Source: a virus. From it: a stretch of 64,000 nucleotides of DNA. How positions within the stretch are numbered: position 1 is the first letter of the stretch; each line of letters begins with the position of its first letter. This document shows positions 55,898 through 64,000 of the stretch, piece after piece. Where the stretch lies: IMG/VR virus record IMGVR_UViG_3300003583_000001, positions 1-64,000 of that record; one strand, given 5' to 3'. A program made the position numbers and the translations under genes. The notes under the pieces are model-generated. The model was not told the origin of the DNA and made no database searches. It was given only the letters and a program-made list of their open reading frames with translations.

Positions 55898-56579
55898 TGC
55901 TCAAAGCCCAATAGTTTTTGGTTGGTCCAGTATCGAAATCGTACCCCCATGTGTTGATATCAACATCATACCAGTCAGCAACGATTTGAATAGTCTCTGG
56001 TGTGTACATATCTTTATATGAGTTGGGGTTGAGCGCTGTCACATTACGGGCCCGAGTCATTTCTTTGATATCAAAATATTGGCAAACATCTTCATTATAA
56101 TTTTCAAATCGGAGAATGTCTGTCATAACATTGCCAGCATCATTTCGAACGTGTTCAAATGCAGGATACCAATTTCTAACGGCTCTATGCCACATCAGAG
56201 GAACATTGCCCCACTTGAATCGCTCCTCAAGAAACGCTTCAAATGATGACACATCTGCATAAGTAGAGTCTTCCTTCTTCTCTACTTCAATGACCTTTTT
56301 AGCAAACCAATATCGTGACACAACTCTATCCCAAGGATTTCTAATGATTGCAAAGAATTTATGAGATTGGTGATATTTGCTATCAATATCACGCCATCTT
56401 GCGTGTTCGTATCCCTGATGGTCTTTGGTTTCAGCCATCTTCTTTTTAACAGCATCAGCATGACCTTCTTTGTGTGTATTGGGTGTGGCTATAGACACTC
56501 TGCCTTTCAACAAGTTTGAACTGCGAATTGTCATACCTCCATTTTTGCCTATATGAATGAAGAAAAGTGGTTTAGACAT
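55887..56579 (-). CDS. Sulfotransferase-family protein
   Basis: FIHIGKNGGMTI (5'-PSB) and IIRNPWDRVVS (3'-PB). Confidence 0.87.
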   Translation of the reverse strand: MSKPLFFIHIGKNGGMTIRSSNLLKGRVSIATPNTHKEGHADAVKKKMAETKDHQGYEHARWRDIDSKYHQSHKFFAIIRNPWDRVVSRYWFAKKVIEVEKKEDSTYADVSSFEAFLEERFKWGNVPLMWHRAVRNWYPAFEHVRNDAGNVMTDILRFENYNEDVCQYFDIKEMTRARNVTALNPNSYKDMYTPETIQIVADWYDVDINTWGYDFDTGPTKNYWALSNET

Positions 56580-56590
56580 AATAATAATCC

Positions 56591-56635
56591 TTAAATTTTA
56601 TCATTCTTTGGTATGTGAATAAACAGTTTCTTCAT
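56591..56635 (-). pseudogene. 14-codon remnant of a sulfotransferase N-terminus (MKKLFIHIPKNDKI*)
   Basis: ATGA-coupled to the upstream GT and carries the FIHIPKN motif. Confidence 0.65.
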
Positions 56636-57435
56636 ATCCCAAGGATTCCTTTGATAGCGTTCATATCTTCGCCCTTATCACCCAGATGATCCTTGAGAAA
56701 GAAGTGAACGAAGTGTGCTTCTGGAATCTTACTGTCTTCAGCACCACGATACAAAGCATTCCATCGCCAGTCCATATGCTTGACATTAGCACCGTCTTTA
56801 CGAAGCCAATAGTTCAACAGCACTTGGTCTGTCGAGTAGCGAAATAATCCAACACCATCTACAAGGTCTTTGAACATTGGTCGATGAATGAATTTATCAG
56901 GTTCTTTGTACTCAGGAACATACTTGCGAATCGAGTTGTTGAATAGCATCATACCCATATTCATAAATCCAGCGCCGTCTTCGTTCCACTGCCAGTCAAC
57001 ATCATTGCATGGTGCTTTCTTGAACATATCACCAGAGTATCCACGAATCTTTCTTCGATGATTATGAGAGAGTGGTAGGTCTCTTTCTAGCACACCACCC
57101 CAATCATATTCTGATGGCAAGTCATCAAAGATGTTTGGTGCTGATTCACGAATGAAAATATCAGAATCGATAACAGCAATCTGGTCATAATCATCTAGAT
57201 ATGTGAATGCCCACTCCTTCTCGAAGATTGGTAGATAGCCTGCTTCTTTCATCAATCCAATCTTGTTACGCCCAGTACGAGCCATCTCTGGATTGATACG
57301 AAGTTTTGGCTCTCTCATAATCACATGGTCGATGCCATACTTCTCGCAATACTTCGCTGCTGACTCTGTACATAGATCATACAGATTACTTTGCCCACGA
57401 ATAGGAATATAGATTTGAAATAACAATCGTTTCAT
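56632..57435 (-). CDS. GT-A glycosyltransferase (GT8/GT34-like)
   Basis: IDSD DxD motif, NMGMMLFN, DQVLLN and FVHF. Confidence 0.85.
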   Translation of the reverse strand: MKRLLFQIYIPIRGQSNLYDLCTESAAKYCEKYGIDHVIMREPKLRINPEMARTGRNKIGLMKEAGYLPIFEKEWAFTYLDDYDQIAVIDSDIFIRESAPNIFDDLPSEYDWGGVLERDLPLSHNHRRKIRGYSGDMFKKAPCNDVDWQWNEDGAGFMNMGMMLFNNSIRKYVPEYKEPDKFIHRPMFKDLVDGVGLFRYSTDQVLLNYWLRKDGANVKHMDWRWNALYRGAEDSKIPEAHFVHFFLKDHLGDKGEDMNAIKGILGI

Positions 57436-58158
57436 TTAAATACCACCACCTTTTTTCTCGCCTAGATTTTCGTTTGATTTGTAGTTCTCTTTGAAAGACT
57501 CTAATATAGGCTGATAATTATCAACTGCTGTTTTACCCCAAATTGTCGATTCTCTCAACCAACCAATACCGGCTATTGGGTCTGTGATAAACAACTTAAC
57601 ATCGCCACGACTATTATCTGTTAGAAAGAACTGATTGTCAATATGATTGATTCTCTTACCACTGTTTACGTTCTCTAGCAATGTGTTTGCTGTAGCCGCA
57701 GTGAGAGCATATGCGTGAGCGCCACCGTGTCTTCGCCTCTCCTCTAATCGTGAGGGAGGTCCAATCTGTTCGTGATTATAGCTTTCGGGGTCTTTGACTT
57801 TATATCCTAGACAAACGAGTGCGTTGTCCGGTATGTCTATATCTACTTTGTGATATAGAAGTGCGTCATGCTCTAAAATAATCGCACAATCATTCTCTTC
57901 TCTTATCTTGTGCCACAGAAGAAAGTGACCTGCTGTTGCCATAGCAGCTTTGCCTTTTGTGCTTGGCTTCTTATTGTCAAACTTAACGCCTTGCTTTTGA
58001 ACGTATTCCCAAGGGCTATCATTGTCTTCGGTTGGCTGAAGACCCTCAAAATACTCCCAAGGCATTCCTATTTTATCACAGGAATCAGCAGCAGTCTTTG
58101 CATACTCGTTTGATATATCAGTATCGATTTTTAATATATACGCTTTCGTTGGTTTCAT
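57436..58158 (-). CDS. GT25-like glycosyltransferase
   Basis: AGHFLLW, IILEHDA and GAHAYAL. Confidence 0.8.
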   Translation of the reverse strand: MKPTKAYILKIDTDISNEYAKTAADSCDKIGMPWEYFEGLQPTEDNDSPWEYVQKQGVKFDNKKPSTKGKAAMATAGHFLLWHKIREENDCAIILEHDALLYHKVDIDIPDNALVCLGYKVKDPESYNHEQIGPPSRLEERRRHGGAHAYALTAATANTLLENVNSGKRINHIDNQFFLTDNSRGDVKLFITDPIAGIGWLRESTIWGKTAVDNYQPILESFKENYKSNENLGEKKGGGI

Positions 58159-58174
58159 AACAATCCTCACATAC

Positions 58175-58214
58175 AAAAATAGGGCTGACACATCAAGCAT
58201 CAACCCTATTTATA
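58175..58214 (-). terminator. Terminator hairpin with an embedded late promoter (TATAAATA 58214-58207)
   Basis: TAT-AAATAGGGTTGA...TCAGCCCTATTT-TT. Confidence 0.7.
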
Positions 58215-58233
58215 GTTCTTCATGAAAGATATT

Positions 58234-58398
58234 TTATCGGCTTCTGCGTTCTGCTAATAGTCTACTATAAATCTGTTCTACCTCTTTACGATGAGTTGGA
58301 CCCAGTGCATACATACCTAGCATTTGATTGCAAACATTAATCTGACGATCTACTACCCAGTTATCCATTTTCTTTTTGAAATATGTTTTTACTGACAT
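58234..58398 (-). CDS. Hypothetical protein (about 54 aa)
   Basis: MSVKTYFKKK...; AGGAG RBS. Confidence 0.55.
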   Translation of the reverse strand: MSVKTYFKKKMDNWVVDRQINVCNQMLGMYALGPTHRKEVEQIYSRLLAERRSR

Positions 58399-58426
58399 GG
58401 TTAAAACTCCTACGTTTTCAATATTA

Positions 58427-58463
58427 AAAAAGCAAGAAACCCTTTCGGCGTCTCTTGCTTTTA
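58427..58463. terminator. Intrinsic terminator
   Basis: AAAAAGCAAGA...TCTTGCTTTTT inverted repeat. Confidence 0.7.
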
Positions 58464-58540
58464 TTTAGTGTGTAGGAGTCATAATCAGATACTACATTTT
58501 TGCTTATCTGATAGAACTATTTATGCGATGTGACATACTG

Positions 58541-59770
58541 TCATTTCTGCCAACCTTTCTTCACATCAGCAGAGAAGTTAGCGTGACTGAACTGAAGTCT
58601 ATCAATTAGCTTTACAGCATTGCCTTTCATTCTATCTACAGCAACGAAGCCTTCTTGACCCGTAACTTTGTATCCATCTTTTGTAGAGAGTAGCGTGTTG
58701 ATTGTAGCTGCTTGGTCCATCTTCTTGATGATGATTTCCTTCGCTTGCACAATCTTATCCATCAGGTCAAAAATCAATTTGATTTTTCTGCTATCAGTCT
58801 TTGTAAAATAGTCCATAACAGATGCTTGACGATTACGAACGCCAGACTTACCCTTGTCCGTAATACGCTTGCCTTCTTCTTTTCCAAAGTAATCCATGAG
58901 ATACTTCATAAGGTCTTTGGTTAGCTTTGTCGTGTTTCCCATTCTCTCACCAGCACGAACCTTTGTGTTGAGGAAGGTTTTTGTTCTCATAAGAAGTTCA
59001 TCGTTGTCCGAAATGCCATTGAGTGTATCACGGTCAATCTTATTGAAAATCTTACCAGCGTCTGATAGGATTGCTGTAATCGCAGCAGTCTCTTTTTCAG
59101 TCATCATAGCTTTGCCAGAAACATCACGATATACGGCGTCGGTAGAGAATACTCTAGATGTGTCTGTCAGAGTTTGTGCAATTGGCTTCGCAAAACTTGC
59201 CCGCATTGTTTCAAATGAGTCACCCGTGTAAGTAGTATGCCATACGACACCGATTCTGGCTCGTGCAATCTGACGACCCAATGGAGTGTCTTTTGGTACA
59301 GCGTAAACAATGGTATTAGGATGAAAAGTAATATGCTTGACACCATTATAGGTAATGTCTTTCGTGTCACCTTTGGTAAAGAGAAGGTCACCTTGAATGA
59401 CACCTGTGATGCCCAGTTTCGAAAACTCTTGTAGCGCAGCCTTAAGTTTATCTGCCAAATCACCAGACGTATCTGCATCAATATCAGCTTCTGTCTTATA
59501 TACCTTAGCGTTCTTGTTAAAGATACCCTTCTTGGCAACGAAAAATTTGTTATCATTTGGATCAATCCCTGCAAATACGGCTGGAGCGCCGTCCCATTTC
59601 ACCGTAGCGTCTACTGTAGTCTTAGCATCGCCTGAGAGCATATCACGAAGCGAACGTAGAAAGTTAATCGCTTCACGAGCGCCATTCACGCCGCCATTGA
59701 GAACGTTGTCCTCAATATGCTCCATATGAGTATTCTTTTGTTCTATGAGATAGGAGTTAAAGTTTTTCAT
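58541..59770 (-). CDS. Conserved T4-like protein (DUF6267-like) with KWDG motif and capsid-targeting-like leader
   Basis: MKNFNSYLIE-QKNTHMEHIED...TVKWDGAPA...EGFV...VKLIDR. Confidence 0.8.
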   Translation of the reverse strand: MKNFNSYLIEQKNTHMEHIEDNVLNGGVNGAREAINFLRSLRDMLSGDAKTTVDATVKWDGAPAVFAGIDPNDNKFFVAKKGIFNKNAKVYKTEADIDADTSGDLADKLKAALQEFSKLGITGVIQGDLLFTKGDTKDITYNGVKHITFHPNTIVYAVPKDTPLGRQIARARIGVVWHTTYTGDSFETMRASFAKPIAQTLTDTSRVFSTDAVYRDVSGKAMMTEKETAAITAILSDAGKIFNKIDRDTLNGISDNDELLMRTKTFLNTKVRAGERMGNTTKLTKDLMKYLMDYFGKEEGKRITDKGKSGVRNRQASVMDYFTKTDSRKIKLIFDLMDKIVQAKEIIIKKMDQAATINTLLSTKDGYKVTGQEGFVAVDRMKGNAVKLIDRLQFSHANFSADVKKGWQK

Positions 59771-59780
59771 ATTACGTTCC

Positions 59781-60911
59781 CTACAACTTAATCTTAAATC
59801 CAACACGGGTTCCAGCAGCAGATGGACCACCATATGTTGATAATCTAAATTCTTTAAATACAGGTAAAGTCTGCATTTTCAATATATCATTTTGTTTATT
59901 TACATTATATACTTCAAAAGTATCACTTGACCTATCGTGAATTACAAAATAATCATCCCCACCTTTTGTAAAATGTTCTAATATCTTTACATGAATCTTT
60001 ACCATTAATGATTTATTTGTAGTTTTAAATACAGAGGGGAGTTTACCAGATTTAACTACTCCTTTGTCTCCAGCATATCCAATGGTAGAGTCCATGCTTT
60101 TAGCATACTCCATTATAGCATGGAAGGCACCACCTTCATTTCCTTTCTTTTTACGAATACTATTCCAAGTATTATTTGGTTTTTCAAATACTTTTTGAAG
60201 CTCTGGAACATTCTCAATATATAACTCTGCCGTGGCATCTAATTCTGCTTTACCCGCTTCTGATTTAGCATTTTGCTTTCTTCTTGCAGTTATATCAAAA
60301 AAAGTAATTTCATTAGCTCTAGCGTTAGTTCCCTTTATCTCAAATTGAATTCTTTTTTTACCAATTGTCATTACCAAATCTGGTTTTGTTGAGCTACTAG
60401 GTGCAACTGAATACTCAGACTTAAATGATATTTTTTCTTTTAAACACAACTCTTTTATAAACGCCGCACATTCTTCTTGAGTTTTAGTTCCAGAGGCAAC
60501 TCTTTTCTGACTTTTGCCGCCCGGTTTTTTAATATTACCAATTGGAACATATCCATCAAAAGGTTTATCATAACCTTTTAATGATACTTTTGCGAAAAAT
60601 CGATCTAAAGGAACTTTACCACCGGGAATTCCTGATATCTGTCTCTTGTACAGTGTAGCTGGGGCAGTAAACCAAACAGTTGTTCCAGCCGAGAGACTTT
60701 TAATTACCTCTCCATTTTTATCTACCAAATCTGTTTTACTTAGTGTTGGAAATCCCTCTGGATATGAATAATCCTTACCAGCAACTGGAGCATAAATGGT
60801 TCTTGTTCCCTGTTGAGGTTTATCTCCTCCCACTCCATTTGGAAAATTATTCGGCCCAAATTTTGCTTCAGAGAGCGTATTTCTATTAATAAACTGTTTT
60901 AATCCAAGCAT
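59781..60911 (-). CDS. Putative PD-(D/E)XK nuclease with capsid-targeting-like leader
   Basis: KPDLVM...QFEIKG; leader MLGLKQFINRNTLSEA. Confidence 0.65.
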   Translation of the reverse strand: MLGLKQFINRNTLSEAKFGPNNFPNGVGGDKPQQGTRTIYAPVAGKDYSYPEGFPTLSKTDLVDKNGEVIKSLSAGTTVWFTAPATLYKRQISGIPGGKVPLDRFFAKVSLKGYDKPFDGYVPIGNIKKPGGKSQKRVASGTKTQEECAAFIKELCLKEKISFKSEYSVAPSSSTKPDLVMTIGKKRIQFEIKGTNARANEITFFDITARRKQNAKSEAGKAELDATAELYIENVPELQKVFEKPNNTWNSIRKKKGNEGGAFHAIMEYAKSMDSTIGYAGDKGVVKSGKLPSVFKTTNKSLMVKIHVKILEHFTKGGDDYFVIHDRSSDTFEVYNVNKQNDILKMQTLPVFKEFRLSTYGGPSAAGTRVGFKIKL

Positions 60912-60923
60912 AGGCGTGTCCTT
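60865..60923 (-). repeat. 59-bp leader repeat, copy 1 (RBS + first 16 codons)
   Basis: 57 of 59 positions identical to 61645-61703. Confidence 0.93.
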
Positions 60924-61691
60924 TTATTTTCCTGCAATAACTTTTATAACGTCTGACTTATTACTTTTCCAATGCGAAGTCAACGCTTTAAAATCTTCTG
61001 GTTGTATTGCAGACCCACCACCTACACCAGCCTTCTTAAATTTTCTCTTGACAGGTAATGTGTGGTGGAGATTTGTAGGAGCAACGCCAATCATAACAAT
61101 CTTATATTTCTCGACTAGACGTTTTTCATAACTGTCGAAATGGTCTATAATTTCATCTTTCTGATTCTTCACACTCTCAGTATATAGATGAACATATGCG
61201 CCCATCTGCTTATTGACATATAAAACTATAAGATGATTCTTCTTCTTTTCTTTCAGTGTAGAATTTAATCCCAGACTATCCATCGCATCAGTCATGGGAA
61301 TATCAATCTTCGACTTTTTACTAATCTCTTTTCGTTTCTTCTCAAACTCTGGGCCATGATGTTCAACACTTCTTAGCACTGCTGCAACATACACATGGAC
61401 CATTTCGTGCAACAATATAGCAACGACACTCTTCTTATCACGCTCAAGGATATTAGATATCTTCAAATGTCCTACACGCACAACTTCTCTAGAAGGGCCA
61501 CGCCCCTTTACCATAACTGCAACTTCCCCGCCTAGACGTTTATTTTTATACCAACTAATAGGAAAATCATTTGGAAGTTCGTTATTAAAGTATAATTTGT
61601 TAAATGTGGTATACATCTTTTTGAGGTCGAGGTCAAGACCAGAGGCTTCAGAGAGCGTATTTCTATTAACAAACTGTTTTAATCCAAGCAT
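60924..61691 (-). CDS. SprT-like metalloprotease with capsid-targeting-like leader
   Basis: FNKLYFNNELP, ILLHEMVH...HHGPEF; leader MLGLKQFVNRNTLSEA. Confidence 0.8.
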   Translation of the reverse strand: MLGLKQFVNRNTLSEASGLDLDLKKMYTTFNKLYFNNELPNDFPISWYKNKRLGGEVAVMVKGRGPSREVVRVGHLKISNILERDKKSVVAILLHEMVHVYVAAVLRSVEHHGPEFEKKRKEISKKSKIDIPMTDAMDSLGLNSTLKEKKKNHLIVLYVNKQMGAYVHLYTESVKNQKDEIIDHFDSYEKRLVEKYKIVMIGVAPTNLHHTLPVKRKFKKAGVGGGSAIQPEDFKALTSHWKSNKSDVIKVIAGK

Positions 61692-61703
61692 AGGTGTGTC
61701 CTT
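61645..61703 (-). repeat. 59-bp leader repeat, copy 2
   Basis: 57 of 59 positions identical to 60865-60923. Confidence 0.93.
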
Positions 61704-61719
61704 GCAATCTCTCTTTCGT

Positions 61720-61953
61720 CTATTTATACGAACATACTTTCTTACCCAGAGCCTCTGCTTCGTGAAAAGTCTTACGAGTGTGTAGTGCAACTAGATTATC
61801 GTTCTTATAGATGAACGTGTGAAAGACTTCTGGTTTAGCCCACATCATCGTCCTGAGTGTTTGCACCCAGTTTAGATTATACTTCTTCAGCATCTCAGCA
61901 TCTTTATGCCATTTGAGATTGTACTTGGCTTGTTCGACCCGATATGTTTTCAT
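61720..61953 (-). CDS. Hypothetical protein
   Basis: AAGGA RBS. Confidence 0.6.
   Translation of the reverse strand: MKTYRVEQAKYNLKWHKDAEMLKKYNLNWVQTLRTMMWAKPEVFHTFIYKNDNLVALHTRKTFHEAEALGKKVCSYK
61721..61728 (-). promoter_or_regulatory. Late promoter TATAAATA
   Basis: Exact consensus 30 nt upstream of the SprT-like gene. Confidence 0.8.
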
Positions 61954-62117
61954 CGGTTAATCCTTTCATATACATCCTTGACCATGAAGTATGGCACACC
62001 AGAGAGAAGTTCAGCAGTCTCTAGCATATGAGTCTCACTAAATTCTTCACGACCACTCTCTAGAATACGAGCCTCGTCAATCGCTTCAATAGCCATGTCT
62101 TTTATCGTTTTTTCCAT
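61950..62117 (-). CDS. Hypothetical protein (55 aa)
   Basis: MEKTIKDMAIEA...; AAGGA RBS; preceded by TTTACA-N17-TAGTAT (62172-62144). Confidence 0.55.
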   Translation of the reverse strand: MEKTIKDMAIEAIDEARILESGREEFSETHMLETAELLSGVPYFMVKDVYERINR

Positions 62118-62181
62118 TCGTTCGTCCTTTTTGATGTATTCTTATACTACACGATTTATCACACTGTGTAAAGTCTTTTTG

Positions 62182-62189
62182 TATAAATA
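62182..62189 (+). promoter_or_regulatory. Late promoter TATAAATA for the secreted-protein operon
   Basis: Exact consensus 40 nt upstream of 62230. Confidence 0.78.
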
Positions 62190-62229
62190 AACACATGAAG
62201 TAGAAATAATTTGTATTAGGATTGATGAG

Positions 62230-62775
62230 ATGAATAGATTTATCATTGCTTTGTTTGCTTTAATTTTTGCATCTACAAGCGCATATGCACAAACAGAAGA
62301 TAAGATAACGACGGATAATACCAGTAGAATTGACTCTACGACTACGGTTAAGTCTCCTCCGCCGTCTGCTATTTCTCCCACTATCAATACCTCAAATTCT
62401 GATTTGTGTACGATTGGCGTTTCCGGCGCTGTTCAGACACAGATTCTAGGTCTGTCTGCTGGTAAGACTGTACGAGATATGAATTGTGAGAAGTTGAAGA
62501 ATGCTAAAACGCTATATGATATGGGAATGAAAGTTGCTGCTGTATCTGTGATGTGTCAAGATAAACGAGTGTTTGATGCTATGATGCACGCCGGAACACC
62601 CTGCCCGTATGATGGTAAGATTGGAGTTGAGGCTAAAGCAGCGTGGCAAGACGATGAAGCGATGCAGCCAAAAGAAGAAAATACAGTTAGGAGTGTAATG
62701 GATGACGATAGCACGATTACCCTTATTGGTGGCGGCATTGTTCTCGGTTTGCTTACCATTCTCAGCTTACTCTGA
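62230..62775 (+). CDS. Secreted Cys-rich protein with C-terminal TM anchor
   Basis: Signal peptide; SPPPSAISP...DMNCEKLK...GMKVAAVSVMCQD...AGTPCP. Confidence 0.8.
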   Translation: MNRFIIALFALIFASTSAYAQTEDKITTDNTSRIDSTTTVKSPPPSAISPTINTSNSDLCTIGVSGAVQTQILGLSAGKTVRDMNCEKLKNAKTLYDMGMKVAAVSVMCQDKRVFDAMMHAGTPCPYDGKIGVEAKAAWQDDEAMQPKEENTVRSVMDDDSTITLIGGGIVLGLLTILSLL

Positions 62776-63553
62776 GACAAAGACTGCTACGTCTGGAAAT
62801 GCAGCAGACGGTCAAACAGTATGGGACATGCAAACGATACTACCACCTGAAACTGGTCTTATCGTAAATCAAGTACATTATAACTATACAGTAACAAAGG
62901 TTAGAGAAGACGACTTTACAGTAACGATTCAAAATGAAAGAGTTGGCGGTGGTGAAAACATCTTTGAAAGCACAGATGATTGGTCTGGATTAGACGGTAA
63001 CACGATTGATAAGAATATACCCGTTGCAAATCTACCAAGAGAAATATGGGGGGATGGAAGTCTGACTACAACTGGCGAAGGAACTATAACAGACGCTAAT
63101 GTTCGTTATAGCTATATATTTGACGACTGTCTTGACCCACTGACGAATCCGTTATGCCCACAAGATGAACCACCAGAATTGCCTGTAATTATAAATCCAT
63201 TTGATTCAGATGAAGTACAAAACGCTCTTGCAGACAAAGCAGATGTAGATGATGAAGATGATGAACGTAAAGATGATGAAGAGAATAGTTTAGAGGACAA
63301 GGAAAAGAGAAGACAATTAGCACAAGAGAACAATCCACTACTAAACAATGCAGCACAGCTTGCTGCTTTGTTTGATCAAATGTCTCTTGTTCCTAAATTT
63401 GATTCGTATTATGCTGCTGATATACAAGGCGGCACCTATGAAGAAACTATTGAGTTAAAAGATGGTACATTACCTGATAACAGAAGGGCAATGAGAAGCC
63501 TCGCTAAAGACCAAAAGTTTGAAACAATCATTAGGTCACAGTACGACAAATAG
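62702..63553 (+). CDS. Secreted hypothetical protein
   Basis: Signal peptide; CLDPLTNPLCP; C-terminal QY. Confidence 0.75.
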   Translation: MTIARLPLLVAALFSVCLPFSAYSETKTATSGNAADGQTVWDMQTILPPETGLIVNQVHYNYTVTKVREDDFTVTIQNERVGGGENIFESTDDWSGLDGNTIDKNIPVANLPREIWGDGSLTTTGEGTITDANVRYSYIFDDCLDPLTNPLCPQDEPPELPVIINPFDSDEVQNALADKADVDDEDDERKDDEENSLEDKEKRRQLAQENNPLLNNAAQLAALFDQMSLVPKFDSYYAADIQGGTYEETIELKDGTLPDNRRAMRSLAKDQKFETIIRSQYDK

Positions 63554-63564
63554 GAGATAAGAAT

Positions 63565-64000
63565 ATGGCTAAGAGAACGATAGGTTATTTTTTAGCAATC
63601 GTTGGAGCAGTATTTGCAAGTCAAGCACTCGCAAACGAAAATGCACCAATCACAGGAACAGTAGAATCTAAGTGTGTAATCTTTACTGAAACACAAGGTG
63701 TATATGGCACACCACTTGCAAGCAGACTTTCTACTACTGCGGCAGATGGTGGTGTTCAACCAATCATTCGTTATGACGTAGCGCTTGCTGATGCGTTTAA
63801 AGGAAAAATAACATTTCCAAGTGAATTTTCAAGTTCACCAAGCCTAACAGATACTCTAGCATTCACAGGGAATGTTGAAGTTCATAGTGTATCTGATACT
63901 GGAATGGCGGACTATGACACTAACAAAATAACATTCAACAACACTCACGAATATGATTTGACGGTTGCTGGTACAACTAAGTTCAAAATCTCTTCACAGG
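63565..64000 (+). CDS. Secreted fimbrial/pilin-like protein, truncated at the right edge
   Basis: AGGAG RBS; MAKRTIGYFLAIVGAVFASQALA-NENAPITGTVESKCVIFT...GVYGTP. Confidence 0.65.
   Translation, partial: MAKRTIGYFLAIVGAVFASQALANENAPITGTVESKCVIFTETQGVYGTPLASRLSTTAADGGVQPIIRYDVALADAFKGKITFPSEFSSSPSLTDTLAFTGNVEVHSVSDTGMADYDTNKITFNNTHEYDLTVAGTTKFKISSQ

Overview
64-kb segment of an AT-rich T4-like myovirus, probably marine and probably infecting an alphaproteobacterium. The host call is an inference from a permuted two-piece tmRNA, an alphaproteobacterial-style tRNA-Ile2 and a 17-kDa-antigen-type lipoprotein. Layout: (1) 1-16 kb baseplate/tail module (gp7, 6, 25, M15 peptidase protein, 5, hub, 53, 48 | 4, 2, 54-like, 26, 51, tape-measure-like). 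(2) gp32-gp59-gp33. (3) 17.8-42 kb hypervariable early region of small ORFs behind a repeated strong sigma70 promoter, carrying 4 tRNAs, a tmRNA, nucleotide/one-carbon genes (glyA, thyX, purM, two purS, dCMP deaminase, phoH) and a late Alt-like ADP-ribosyltransferase pair. (4) nrdB/grx/nrdA, a 2OG-Fe(II) oxygenase insert, primase and spanins. (5) Late head-associated genes, a glycosyltransferase/methyltransferase/sulfotransferase operon, proteins with duplicated capsid-targeting-like leaders, and a late operon of secreted pilin-like proteins. Most striking: an intact tRNA-Ile2(CAU) sits in frame inside a protein-coding gene, and tRNA-Thr contains the glyA stop codon. tRNA maturation would therefore create non-stop mRNAs in a genome that encodes its own permuted tmRNA. 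A second promoter class (TTGACT-N16-TATAAT-AGCKTTATCGCT) occurs once before primase and twice as orphan antisense copies (possible R-loop origins or antisense silencers). All family assignments come from motif recognition without database searches.
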